64,000 nt of DNA from Christensenellaceae bacterium (GTDB lineage: Bacteria; Bacillota; Clostridia; Christensenellales; Borkfalkiaceae): the NCBI GenBank assembly GCA_045638105.1, contig JAZUAT010000007.1:5328-69327 (forward strand), written 5' to 3'. The notes under the pieces are model-generated. The model did no database searches. It saw only the letters and a list, made by a program, of their open reading frames with translations, and had not been told where the DNA came from. Below are positions 12,001-19,496 of the stretch, one piece after another. The translations under genes were made by a program, and so were the position numbers. Within the stretch, counting starts at the first letter, position 1; every line of letters begins with the position of its first letter.

Positions 12001-12265
12001 AGATGAACAAAAATCTCACGTGATTACAAGTGATAGCAAAATTAGTTTAGCAGTATTTATTCTTGATTATGGTGTAATGGGTGGCGATTCAAACGGTAGC
12101 CAAGCAATTTACGCGGCATATCAACAAGGCGGAATTATAGATGCAACGGAAATAAAAGGCATTGATACAACGCATCAATTTATAAATTTAAAAGTTTTTG
12201 CTGGGCAAGACATGCCATATGGCAATGCGCTTTTATACAACCTTAACTATGGTAAAACTGCATAA
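6029..12265 (+). CDS. Giant surface lipoprotein (2078 aa) with ~20 tandem Ig-like (Big_2-type) modules and a C-terminal beta-helix-like region. Putative adhesin or glycan-binding protein.
   Basis: Signal peptide plus lipobox (LSIATGLTAC|G). Reiterated modules carry the conserved 'DFKWE(I/V)VEG' and 'KVKA(V/T)CGG(K/Q)ESEVLEF(M/I)VGY' motifs. The C-terminal part (NAINIVGAVGNSVFENVYVHNCYQNGIQAKSS…) resembles right-handed parallel beta-helix / pectate-lyase-like repeats. Confidence 0.6.
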   Translation: MNSLKKVFLSLLLILSIATGLTACGMFETMDPDQGSGGGGQQPPSTPPTTITYTLNLIPNKSVALRGEVVTLNAYLHAEGKDDVLADGATYSIVDGASYATLAENKLTILNTANANSIVKVKAKVGATDSNVVEIKVSVPLESIVASANGVTNVLKGSSTVLHKETSPIGADLTDFKWEVIEGANLCSISGDVLVVNPNATVGSIIKVKAVCGGKESNVLEYIVGYPVTKVTASANEVTNILKGQSILLYKEIYPQEADKSDFKWEIVEGSNLCSINGDLLLVKPSAVTGSIIKVKATCGGQESEVLEFMVGYYVESVSASANGITNIKRGESVTLYKEILPKEADTDDFKWEVVEGAGLFTIAGDTLLVKANATVGAKIKVKAVCGGKESEALEFIVGYPVESITASANGVTNIIKGTNIPLSKQILPTNADIDDFKWEIVEGAGACFVNGDNLYVNATATTGTIIKVKAVCGGQESEVLEFMVGYYVESVTASASGVTNIKRGESITLYKEILPKEADTDDFKWEVVEGEGLFTITGDTLFVKSTATVGAKIKVKAVCGGKESEALEFIVGYPVESIKATAGGVTNIIKGTNIPLSKEILPTNADIDDFKWEIVEGAGACFVNGDNLHVNATATTGTIIKVKAVCGGKESEVLEFMVGYYVESVTASANGVTNILKGESVTLYKEILPKEADTDDFKWEILEGATICSINGDNLFVNSTAKTGDVIKVKATCGGQESDEFELIVGYPLKSISVEVGGSTNVPRGETRELTVTLDPVNTTEGDYKWEILEGADYCTIIDNVLTVSEFAPLDAEITFKAVGVKESSIITIVVTNAIESLSLTTSAPQILTHGANYPLQLVASPKDVSTKAVEWVVSNSDYAYVSNNTLYVYNNVPHGAELEVYAKSGNVESQKLEFNVGVALKELELELNGAVNVLNGKSITFTVTKNPADATNGEYEVVFVSGQDNCVLVGNTITIKDEATIGEKIIFKVVATNIAGIESGEVEIIVGIPVEEFTISLTAPAILTQGQYYPVEINVTPANATYKNVTWVVSKSAYAYVSNNLLFVRESVPHGATFKVSAIIDGKESSNSLIYQVGVAINSIAVSTNVKNVIQGQTATLTATINQGATEGYSWVITQGSEYASISNAMLFVNEGVETGTIIKVRAVSESGNVKSTELEFIVGIPLTALELERNGAVNVLNGNTITFAVTKKPANTTNGEYSVEFVSGQDYCVLSGNSITIKEDAPIGEEIIFKVVATNATGIESDTVKIIVGIPVVSLSISSTAPKILTHGASYPITLTTDPEDATYKNVEWFVSNKDYAYVSNNMLFVTNAIPHGATFDVYAKIGEKESNVLSYQVGVKINSITIETSATSVKKGNTASLTATLNDGATEGYNWVITQGNEYASISNNTLSVKEKAETGAIIKVKAVSASGEASSDEIEIVIAATDMEILENTYYLVLSFDYADLDKNGKTNPVLEAEVYNRLGTEIKDKNVIFELHNGSEAFVGIEKVGNSCRFTELKAHGTAYLNAKIEGLGVVETVELNVIVPPDVIYLPEVFAENPNFTYVYSMENPLNQEAEKLPFVAYAVTATACDDIVYSFTHEDGTTDNDVAIYNYETGTIEFLKTGLVTVTALSNSGSRIETKASYKFNINKGFNVYSFEHASQVTSNSGDYKNNKYNGEEINFVALEKIVGYNFENANYNYGYAFVPQVALKSQAEQRGNIDSYSENMTHDEKVAAYASLRNTMSSSNNRIIADTKNLHINGNQHAVDASNLYVPTDTEIERFRQIFGSDWFAHGGIISAEPYSLKKITGDVNSKVTFSVRIYDLEVIGNAPMSLANKEDASKTVWGVYLHGINVGDIDSGPNAKYYTELKNVTASAAKNAINIVGAVGNSVFENVYVHNCYQNGIQAKSSILTIKNFKIGACGATGIELVPDGSTKAGLNSDQKQTITFEGTIDAEGNIHATTTPYMIAYNDGAVPKIISASILFNQLTDEQKSHVITSDSKISLAVFILDYGVMGGDSNGSQAIYAAYQQGGIIDATEIKGIDTTHQFINLKVFAGQDMPYGNALLYNLNYGKTA
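6950..8290 (+). repeat. Near-identical 522-bp tandem duplication inside the giant lipoprotein gene. It has about 2.5 copies, and each copy spans two 87-aa Ig-like modules.
   Basis: Direct comparison of 6950-7472, 7472-7994 and 7994 onward shows >90% nucleotide identity (e.g. 'aaagttaaagcagtttgtggcggtcaagaaagtgaagttttagaatttatggttggttactacgttgaaagcgt' recurs). The spurious minus-strand ORFs 7225-7428 and 7747-7950 are offset by exactly 522 bp. Confidence 0.85.
8520..10340 (+). repeat. Second family of module repeats (A-B-A'-C-B'-A''-C' arrangement) with a ~780-bp higher-order nucleotide repeat
   Basis: Blocks starting 'SLSLTTSAPQILTHGANYP', 'LELELNGAVNVLNGKSITF' and 'INSIAVSTNVKNVIQGQTA' each recur 2-3 times with high DNA identity (e.g. 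8800-8940 vs 9590-9730). Confidence 0.7.
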
Positions 12266-12286
12266 AAAGTTTAACTACTAAAAAGA

Positions 12287-12360
12287 AGAACTTGGAAGTA
12301 AAATTCCAAGTTCTTTTTCATTAAAAAAGTGGGCGAACAAAACGTTCGCTCACTTTTTAT
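12287..12360. terminator. Two adjacent rho-independent hairpins between the convergent giant lipoprotein gene (+) and cysK (-)
   Basis: agaacttggaa-gtaaaa-ttccaagttct followed by ttttt. Then agtgggcgaac-aaaa-gttcgctcact, flanked by A-run and T-run, so it works in both orientations. Confidence 0.7.
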
Positions 12361-12370
12361 TTATATAGAA

Positions 12371-13297
12371 TTATAAATAATTTTCAACTGATAAATATTT
12401 TTCGCCACCGTCAGGTAAAAGTACAACAATAACCTTATTTTCATTTTCTTTAAGTTTTGCAAGTTCTATTGCCGAATAAAGCGCCGCTCCTGAAGATATT
12501 CCTACAAGCACGCCTTCAGTTTTGGCTAAAAGATTGCCTGTTTTATAAGAATCTTCTTCATTAACTATAAAAACTTTGTCAATAACGGAAAGGTCTAAAA
12601 TGCTAGGAATAAACCCTGCGCCTATGCCTTGAATTCCGTGGCTACCCGAATAACCTTTTGTAATAATAGGGCTATTAGCCGGCTCAATGCCGTAAACTTT
12701 TACGCTTGGTTTTTTTTCTTTTAAAAATTTGCCTACACCGCTAATCGTTCCGCCCGTACCTATGCCTGCCACAAAAACGTCAACTTGCCCGTCCGTATCC
12801 TCAAAAATTTCCTTGCCCGTACTTTCGTAATGGCATAGTGGGTTGTTAGGGTTTGTAAATTGGCTTGCAAGTATTGAGTTTTTAGTGCTGGCTTTAATTT
12901 CTTGTGCCTTATTAATTGCACCTTGCATACCTAAAGCACCATCAGTTAAAACTACTTGTGCGCCGTACGCTTTTATAAGTTTTATTCTTTCTTCACTCAT
13001 AGTATTTGGCATAACTATAATGGCATTATAGCCACGGCTGGCGCAAATTAAAGCAATTCCAATGCCGGTGTTGCCAGAAGTTGGCTCAATAATGGTTGCG
13101 CCTTTAGTTAAAATCCCGTCACGCTCGGCTGAGTCAATTAAAAATTTTGCAACTCTATCTTTTGATGAGCCTGCAGGGTTAAAGCTTTCAAGCTTTGCAA
13201 GTAAAGTGCATTTTAAATTAAACGCCTTTTCAATTTTATTAAGCCTGATAAGTGGAGTATTGCCTATTAAATTTTCAATAGAATTAAAAACTTTCAT
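12371..13297 (-). CDS. cysK: Cysteine synthase A (O-acetylserine sulfhydrylase)
   Basis: PLP-lysine motif 'PAGSSKDRVA', glycine-rich 'GIGTGGTISGVG', and 'EPTSGNTGIGIA'. Length 308 aa with full-length CysK/CysM-like architecture. Confidence 0.9.
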   Translation of the reverse strand: MKVFNSIENLIGNTPLIRLNKIEKAFNLKCTLLAKLESFNPAGSSKDRVAKFLIDSAERDGILTKGATIIEPTSGNTGIGIALICASRGYNAIIVMPNTMSEERIKLIKAYGAQVVLTDGALGMQGAINKAQEIKASTKNSILASQFTNPNNPLCHYESTGKEIFEDTDGQVDVFVAGIGTGGTISGVGKFLKEKKPSVKVYGIEPANSPIITKGYSGSHGIQGIGAGFIPSILDLSVIDKVFIVNEEDSYKTGNLLAKTEGVLVGISSGAALYSAIELAKLKENENKVIVVLLPDGGEKYLSVENYL

Positions 13298-13411
13298 AAA
13301 AATTTCCTTTATTGTATTTTAGCATAAAATTTTAAAAATGTTTAGTTTTTTTTGCAAAATTAAAAAATTTGTTTTACTAAAAAATTTTAAAGCGTAAATA
13401 AGCGCCTAATA

Positions 13412-13440
13412 TTGACAAACCGCACGTTTTAGTTTAAACT
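13412..13440 (+). promoter_or_regulatory. Promoter candidate for rplI (TTGACA, 17-nt spacer, TAAACT)
   Basis: ttgaca at 13412-13417, 17-nt spacer, taaact at 13435-13440. RBS 'aaggag' at 13447. Confidence 0.4.
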
Positions 13441-13458
13441 AATATTAAGGAGTTTATT

Positions 13459-13902
13459 ATGAAAGTTATAATGTTAAAAGACGTGAAAAACGTTGGTAAA
13501 GTTGGCGAAATTAAAGAGGTTAGTGACGGATATGCAAGAAACTGCCTAATAAAGCAAGGTCTTGCAGAAGAAGCAACTGCAGTTAAAATAAATAGCTTAA
13601 ATATTAAAAAGGGTGCGCAAGATTTTCACAAGCGTGAAGAAATTAAAGCACTTACGGAAGAAGCAAAAAAACTTAATGGCAATACCGTTGTAATAAAGGT
13701 AAAAAGTGGAGATAACGGCAAAATGTTTGGCTCTGTTACAAGCAAAGAAATTGCCGATGCTATTAACGAACTTGGCTTTAACGTTGATAAAAAGAAGGTT
13801 TTGTTAAAAGATTCCATTAAAACGTTTGGTATACACGCAGTTGACGTAAAGTTTTTACCAGAAGTTGTTGCAAAAATTAAAGTTAGCGTAGAAAACGCAT
13901 AA
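13459..13902 (+). CDS. rplI: 50S ribosomal protein L9
   Basis: N-terminus '[36 protein letters not shown]' matches the L9 consensus. Length 147 aa. Confidence 0.9.
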   Translation: MKVIMLKDVKNVGKVGEIKEVSDGYARNCLIKQGLAEEATAVKINSLNIKKGAQDFHKREEIKALTEEAKKLNGNTVVIKVKSGDNGKMFGSVTSKEIADAINELGFNVDKKKVLLKDSIKTFGIHAVDVKFLPEVVAKIKVSVENA

Positions 13903-13904
13903 GA

Positions 13905-13930
13905 AAAAGCCGTTAATACGGCTTTTTTTG
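13905..13930 (+). terminator. rplI rho-independent terminator
   Basis: agccgt-taat-acggct followed by ttttttt. Confidence 0.75.
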
Positions 13931-13983
13931 TCTTTTTTAGCCTATTAAAAATTAAAACGCTTATGATAAAACTTTTATATTGA

Positions 13984-14012
13984 CAAATATAATATAAATT
14001 AGTATAATATAT
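13984..14012 (+). promoter_or_regulatory. Consensus sigma-A promoter (TTGACA, 17-nt spacer, TATAAT) for the 14080 gene
   Basis: ttgaca at 13984-13989, 17-nt spacer, tataat at 14007-14012. RBS 'aaggag' at 14066. Confidence 0.55.
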
Positions 14013-14079
14013 AATACTAATTTTAATTTATAGCATAACAAAACTTTATTATAAGTTTGCCTTTTGGCAAGGAGTATGT

Positions 14080-17000
14080 ATGGGAAATTTTACAAGAAGA
14101 GTTATAGCCTTTATAATGGGCATGGTGGTAATGCTTGTAACGTTGCTTGGCGGTACTGCCGGCGCTATGTATTGGGCGTTTAAAAACCTTTCTTTATCAA
14201 AATTGGGGGTAATGGAAGAAGACGCGTCTGGTATAGCTGATGCCACTGTTGAAGATTTGGTTGCACTTGTTTTATTAGTTCAAAGTGACCCAGAATCTTT
14301 TACCTTTGCAAAACTTGAAGAACAAGGTATTGACGTTTTTCAAATTTTGGAATCTTTAGGGCTTGACTTGTCTAAAGCAGACAAAACAGATTATGATAGC
14401 TTAAAAAATATTAGTCCGTTCTTGCTTTTCTCTAGTGAGGGTTTATATCAAATAAGTTTTTCAACGGTATTTGCATTTATACCTAAGGGGGAAGACGGAA
14501 CGTATCCATTATTTTCTGAAGGTGCGAGAGACGCGCTTCGTGGATATTCGCTTGGCTATTTGTTGGAAACTGACAATATTACGGGAGAAATGCGTTTATT
14601 TAAAGAACTTAGCACTTTAAAAATCGGCTCGTTATTCCCTTCAACGTTTACTGAAACGTACGATTCTGTTAACGGCGAGTACGTTTACCTTGCAGATAAT
14701 CCTGCTATTGAAAAATTTGGTAACATTAAAGCTTCTTTCTTAACAAAAGCGGTTTCTGATACATACGTGTTTGATATTGGTCAAGAATTGCACGAGGGCG
14801 ACCTTGAAGAAATTGGCAAATTAGAAGTTGCAGATTTCTTATCTGATTTAATTGCCGGCGATGATGAAGATGCAAAAGCCCAAATTAAACAAACATTTGC
14901 GTTACTTGGCAATTTATTAGTAAAAGACTTGTTTGCGTATGATGAAGAATTGGGCTCTTATGCTTTTGATATGGAAGCAATATTCTCAACTTTATCAATA
15001 GGCGGATTCTTAGGTTACGTTGGTTGTACGGAAAGTGAAGATTGTCCAATTCACGAAGGCGTTGGTTGTGATGGCGAGTGGTACCTTGCTTGTATAGACG
15101 ACGTTGATTGCCCTGTACACGGTAACGACGGTTGCTTAAACGTAGACGAATATAAAAAGGTTGCAGGCGAAACTGCTGAAGAATTAATAATGTTAAACCT
15201 TGCTAACCTTAACATAAACAATATTATTGGTGGCGAGTTTGCAATAACTGATATTATTGAAGGCGTTTATCTTGGACACTCTCTTGGCTACAAAATTAAA
15301 GAAGACGCTCCTAACGGATATTGTGATAAAGATTGTGAAACTACTGAATTGCACGATGAACACAATTTCTATTGGGTAGATGCTAACGATGAATATGTTG
15401 GCGAACTTTTCAATGACGTTTCTAATACTCCACTTGTAAATGCTATTAATGGCGAGGGTATTGATTTAGAGGGCATTGTAAACGATGCAAAGCTCGGCGA
15501 ATTGCTTGGCAAATATAATAAAGACGGCGATTGGTACGATGATAGCGACTGCACAATTCCTACCGCTAATGAAACGGCAATGGAAAAAATATTGCTTTCT
15601 ATTTATGATAAAACGATGACGGAAATCACAAGTGACGGCGGTATTGATTTAGGCGTAATGCTTGAAGGCATCAAGATGGGCGAACTTATGGGCTACACTT
15701 ACGATAACGGCGTTTGGTACGATGGTAACGAAGCGTTAGACCTTAACGAATTGAACAAATCAATTTACGATATGGAAGTTTCTAAGCTCGTTAATGGCGA
15801 TATGGAATTTGATGACGTATTAGACGGCTTACTTCTTGGCGAACTTATGGGCTACACTTATGATAACGATAACGGCGTTTGGTATGACGGCAACGCTGTG
15901 TTAGACCTTAGCGAATTAGACAAGGCGTTATATGAAATTGACGTTGCAGATATTCTTAACGGCGATTTTGAAGTTAACGACGTGTTAGATGAAATGCTTC
16001 TTGGCGAACTTATGGGCTACACTTATGAAAGTGGCGTTTGGTACGACGGCACAGAGGCTTTAACTCTTAACGAATTAGATAAAGCGTTATACGAAGTTGC
16101 AGTTGCAGATATTCTTAACGGCGACTTTGAAGTTAACGACGTGTTAGACGGCTTACTTCTTGGCGAACTTATGGGTTACACAAACGATAACGGCGCTTGG
16201 TACGATGAAAATGATGCCTTATTAACTCTTAACGCATTTAACAAAGCATTATACAAAGTTGAAGTTTCAAAAATGCTTAACGGCGATATGGAAATCGGCG
16301 ATATTTTAGACGGGCTTAAGATGGGCGAACTTATGGGCTATGAAATTAAGGCTGAAGTCGGCTACTGCGACGCAGGCTGTGAACTTACTGAATCACACAA
16401 AGAACACAACTTCTATTGGGTTGATGAAAACGGCGCTTCTTTAAAGCTTAACGAGTTAGACAAAGCTTTATATAGAATGGAAGTTTCTAAAATAATTGAC
16501 GGCAACTTTGAAATAGGCGACATATTAAACGGACTTATGATGGGCGAACTTATGGGTTACACTTACGATAACGGCGTTTGGTATGATGAAGAAAATAGCG
16601 AAGTAACTCTCAACGCATTAGACAAAGCGCTTTATAAAGTAGACGTTTCAAAGATTGTTGACGGCAAATTTGTAGTTGACGATATTTTAGACGGGCTTAA
16701 GATGGGCGAACTTATGGGCTATACTTACGATAACGGCGCTTGGTACAAAGACGTAGAATGCAATACTAAAGTAGAAAATTCAACTGCTATGGATAAAATT
16801 ATGGTTAGCATCTACGGCAAAACTATGGATGACGTTAAAGCTGGGCTTAAGTTAGAAGAAATGCTTGACGGAATTATGCTTGGCGAACTTATGGGCTACA
16901 CCTTAGGCGAAAAAGACGGATATTGCAAAGCCGATTGCGACAGCGAAGAAGTAGGGCATAAACACGATTATTACTGGCTTAAAGACGGCGTAGAACAAAA

Positions 17001-18156
17001 CTTTACAAAGTTTGATAAAACTTTATATGAAACTTTAGTTTCCGAACTTGTTACTGGCGATAAAAACTTTAAGAGTGTTTTAGGCGACCTTTACGTTGGC
17101 GAACTTATGGGTAACACTTACGATAAAGATAACGGCGTTTGGTATAAAGAAAATGGCGAAGAGTTAGAACTTGGCATTTTAGATAAAACTATTTACGAAG
17201 TTCCTGTTACAGACATTTTAAATAACAAAGTTGACTTTAAGGACGTTTTAGGCGACCTTTACGTTGGTCAGCTAATGAACTATACTGGTGGCGTTGGTAC
17301 TTGGGAAAATAACGGCGTTCCTGTAAGCAATTTAAACAAAACGGTTGCAGATATTAAACTTGAAGAAATCTTTAGCGGAGAAATTAACTTTAAGTCAAAA
17401 ATTGATAACTTAACTTTAGGTGACGTTATTGATATGAATAGTGCTGACACTCCTACAATCTTAAAACTTTTAAAAGATACAAAAGTTAGCCAAATCTCTT
17501 CTAAGATGAACGAATTAGAACTTGGCGAAGTTATGGGCTATACAAAATGCTCTAAAGACGCAAGTTGTAAAGTTCACGAAAACGGCATTGGTTGTGACGG
17601 CAAGTGGTATAGAGAAAACAAAATTAAATGCTCGAAAGATGCAGATTGTGAAATTCACGAAAACGGCATTGGTTGTGACGGCGAGTGGTATATAGAAAAC
17701 AAATCTGTGGACGGTCTTAACGCAAAAATTGCGAACTACACGTTCAAGAAATTTGCAGACGAAGGCTTTAACCCAAACGAATTTACTTTAGGCGACGTTA
17801 TTAAAGATGATGATCAATACGAAGAAGGTTCTATATTCTATCTTTTAGACATTAGCGATATGGAAGATATTGATGGCGTTGCACCAGAACGTCAAGACAT
17901 TGAAAAGCGCAAGAGCATTTCTGTTAGCGAAGTTTCAACACGCACTAAATCAGGCGTACAAAATGCAAAATTAAAAGACTTAAAGAATTGTGGCGTGTTT
18001 ACTTTATCTATTGAAGATTGCGAAACACTTGACAAAGCGTTTATGTTTGGATACGACACATTGCATAAAATACCTGCGGATAAAGTAAATTGGCAAGAAC
18101 TTACTCTTAACGAATTTATTCAATGCGTTATAGCAATGCTCCCTACAGGTGTTTAA
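14080..18156 (+). CDS. Membrane-anchored, highly acidic repeat protein (1358 aa) with reiterated Cys/His-containing motifs. Function unknown.
   Basis: N-terminal TM helix (VIAFIMGMVVMLVTLLGGTAGAMYWAF). About 12 tandem ~53-aa repeats of the form 'LLGELMGYTYDNGVWYDG…LNELDKALYEV…ILNGDFEVNDVLDG'. Interspersed 'GYC(D/K)xxC(E/D)…H(D/K)EHNFYWVD' motifs occur four times, and 'CSKDAxC(K/E)(V/I)HENGIGCDG(K/E)WY' occurs twice, with a similar block near residue 300. Confidence 0.6.
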   Translation: MGNFTRRVIAFIMGMVVMLVTLLGGTAGAMYWAFKNLSLSKLGVMEEDASGIADATVEDLVALVLLVQSDPESFTFAKLEEQGIDVFQILESLGLDLSKADKTDYDSLKNISPFLLFSSEGLYQISFSTVFAFIPKGEDGTYPLFSEGARDALRGYSLGYLLETDNITGEMRLFKELSTLKIGSLFPSTFTETYDSVNGEYVYLADNPAIEKFGNIKASFLTKAVSDTYVFDIGQELHEGDLEEIGKLEVADFLSDLIAGDDEDAKAQIKQTFALLGNLLVKDLFAYDEELGSYAFDMEAIFSTLSIGGFLGYVGCTESEDCPIHEGVGCDGEWYLACIDDVDCPVHGNDGCLNVDEYKKVAGETAEELIMLNLANLNINNIIGGEFAITDIIEGVYLGHSLGYKIKEDAPNGYCDKDCETTELHDEHNFYWVDANDEYVGELFNDVSNTPLVNAINGEGIDLEGIVNDAKLGELLGKYNKDGDWYDDSDCTIPTANETAMEKILLSIYDKTMTEITSDGGIDLGVMLEGIKMGELMGYTYDNGVWYDGNEALDLNELNKSIYDMEVSKLVNGDMEFDDVLDGLLLGELMGYTYDNDNGVWYDGNAVLDLSELDKALYEIDVADILNGDFEVNDVLDEMLLGELMGYTYESGVWYDGTEALTLNELDKALYEVAVADILNGDFEVNDVLDGLLLGELMGYTNDNGAWYDENDALLTLNAFNKALYKVEVSKMLNGDMEIGDILDGLKMGELMGYEIKAEVGYCDAGCELTESHKEHNFYWVDENGASLKLNELDKALYRMEVSKIIDGNFEIGDILNGLMMGELMGYTYDNGVWYDEENSEVTLNALDKALYKVDVSKIVDGKFVVDDILDGLKMGELMGYTYDNGAWYKDVECNTKVENSTAMDKIMVSIYGKTMDDVKAGLKLEEMLDGIMLGELMGYTLGEKDGYCKADCDSEEVGHKHDYYWLKDGVEQNFTKFDKTLYETLVSELVTGDKNFKSVLGDLYVGELMGNTYDKDNGVWYKENGEELELGILDKTIYEVPVTDILNNKVDFKDVLGDLYVGQLMNYTGGVGTWENNGVPVSNLNKTVADIKLEEIFSGEINFKSKIDNLTLGDVIDMNSADTPTILKLLKDTKVSQISSKMNELELGEVMGYTKCSKDASCKVHENGIGCDGKWYRENKIKCSKDADCEIHENGIGCDGEWYIENKSVDGLNAKIANYTFKKFADEGFNPNEFTLGDVIKDDDQYEEGSIFYLLDISDMEDIDGVAPERQDIEKRKSISVSEVSTRTKSGVQNAKLKDLKNCGVFTLSIEDCETLDKAFMFGYDTLHKIPADKVNWQELTLNEFIQCVIAMLPTGV
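15650..17300 (+). repeat. ~159-bp (53-aa) tandem coding repeats inside the acidic repeat protein gene
   Basis: 'cttggcgaacttatgggctacacttacga' recurs at ~15678, 15838, 15997, 16160, 16540, 16710, and further on. Confidence 0.8.
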
Positions 18157-18177
18157 TAGTTAAAATTTAAAAAAACA

Positions 18178-18229
18178 ACTCCCTTTACTTTAGCAAGATA
18201 TTATGCTAAAATGTAAAGGGAGATTTTTT
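18178..18229 (+). terminator. Extended stem-loop followed by a U-tract immediately abutting the dGTPase-like gene start. Terminator or attenuator.
   Basis: ctccctttac…(inner hairpin tagca/tgcta)…gtaaagggag, then attttttATG. Confidence 0.5.
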
Positions 18230-19426
18230 ATGGCAAAATACGATGCATTACCAATAGAACTTGCAAATCAAATAGAAAGTGGCATAAAAAACGGCTTTAA
18301 AAGCGAGTATGCTTGTTTAGATGAATTTGCCTTAAGGCAAGACCAAACGCACGATAACCCAACCGTTTTACGCCCACCTTTCATACGTGACGTTGATAAA
18401 ATTTTAAACTGTCCGTTTTATAATAGATATGCGGACAAAACGCAAGTTTTTTCTTTTTATAAAAACGACGATATTACAAGGCGCAGTTTACACGTTCAAT
18501 TAGTTTCACGCATTGCGCGTACTATAGGCAGGGCGCTTGGCTTAAACTTAGACCTTATTGAGGCAATTAGTTTAGGGCACGACCTTGGGCATACTCCGTT
18601 TGGCCACGCTGGCGAAAGTTTTTTAGACGAATTGTATTTTAAAAACACGGGCAAGCATTTTTACCATAACGTGCAGTCTATAAGAGTGCTTGATAGCATT
18701 TTTAACTATAATATGACTATTCAAACGCTTGACGGAATTCTTGGGCATAACGGCGAAATTGAGTGTGCTGTTTACGAGCCAAAAAAACCTTGCAGTTTTG
18801 AAGAATTATATAATAATATAGAAAAGGCGCAAAAAGATAAAAATTTTGCAAAAACGCTTTCTCCGTTTACGCTAGAGGGCTTAGTTGTTAGGGTGGCGGA
18901 TATTATTGCATATTTAGGTAAAGATAGGCAAGACGGCACACGCACAAAAACGTATAGTGAAAACGACTTTGTTGTAACAACTATAGGCTCTATAAATGCG
19001 GAAATTGTAAATAACTTAACCGTAAACATTATAAAAAATAGTTACGGCAAAAACTATTTAAAGTTTGATGAAGATTATTTCTTAGCACTTAAACAAGCAA
19101 AAAGTGAAAACTATAAATTGCTTTATAACAATGAAGATAGCAAGCCTGTTTTTGAGCGTGAAATTAAGCCTGCGTTTAAAGCGTTATATAATAGGCTATA
19201 TAACGACCTTGTGAAAAGTAACGCATCTTCGCCAATATTTAAGCATCATATAAACTACGTTAAAAAATCTTATTATACGCGCAAAGAACCTTATGAAAAT
19301 GTAGAACCAAACCAAATTGTTGTTGACTTTATTGCAAGTATGACGGACGATTATTTTATTGAAATTTACAATCATTTATTTAAAGAAAACCCTTTAAAAA
19401 TTAAATATAAAGGATATTTTGACTAA
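18230..19426 (+). CDS. dGTP triphosphohydrolase-like HD-domain phosphohydrolase
   Basis: Motif 'ISLGHDLGHTPFGHAGE' is the HD signature of the dGTPase family. 398 aa counted from ATG 18230. The upstream ATG at 18203 lies inside the hairpin. Confidence 0.75.
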   Translation: MAKYDALPIELANQIESGIKNGFKSEYACLDEFALRQDQTHDNPTVLRPPFIRDVDKILNCPFYNRYADKTQVFSFYKNDDITRRSLHVQLVSRIARTIGRALGLNLDLIEAISLGHDLGHTPFGHAGESFLDELYFKNTGKHFYHNVQSIRVLDSIFNYNMTIQTLDGILGHNGEIECAVYEPKKPCSFEELYNNIEKAQKDKNFAKTLSPFTLEGLVVRVADIIAYLGKDRQDGTRTKTYSENDFVVTTIGSINAEIVNNLTVNIIKNSYGKNYLKFDEDYFLALKQAKSENYKLLYNNEDSKPVFEREIKPAFKALYNRLYNDLVKSNASSPIFKHHINYVKKSYYTRKEPYENVEPNQIVVDFIASMTDDYFIEIYNHLFKENPLKIKYKGYFD

Positions 19427-19430
19427 TAAA

Positions 19431-19460
19431 AAAGCACCGCTTTGCGGTGCTTTGTAAATT
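19431..19460. terminator. Bidirectional rho-independent terminator
   Basis: aagcaccgc-ttt-gcggtgctt, flanked by A-run and T-run. A second hairpin acaggc-taatt-gcctgt follows at 19473-19489. Confidence 0.7.
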
Positions 19461-19496
19461 TTACAGGCTAATTGCCTGTTTCTAAACTAAATTTAT

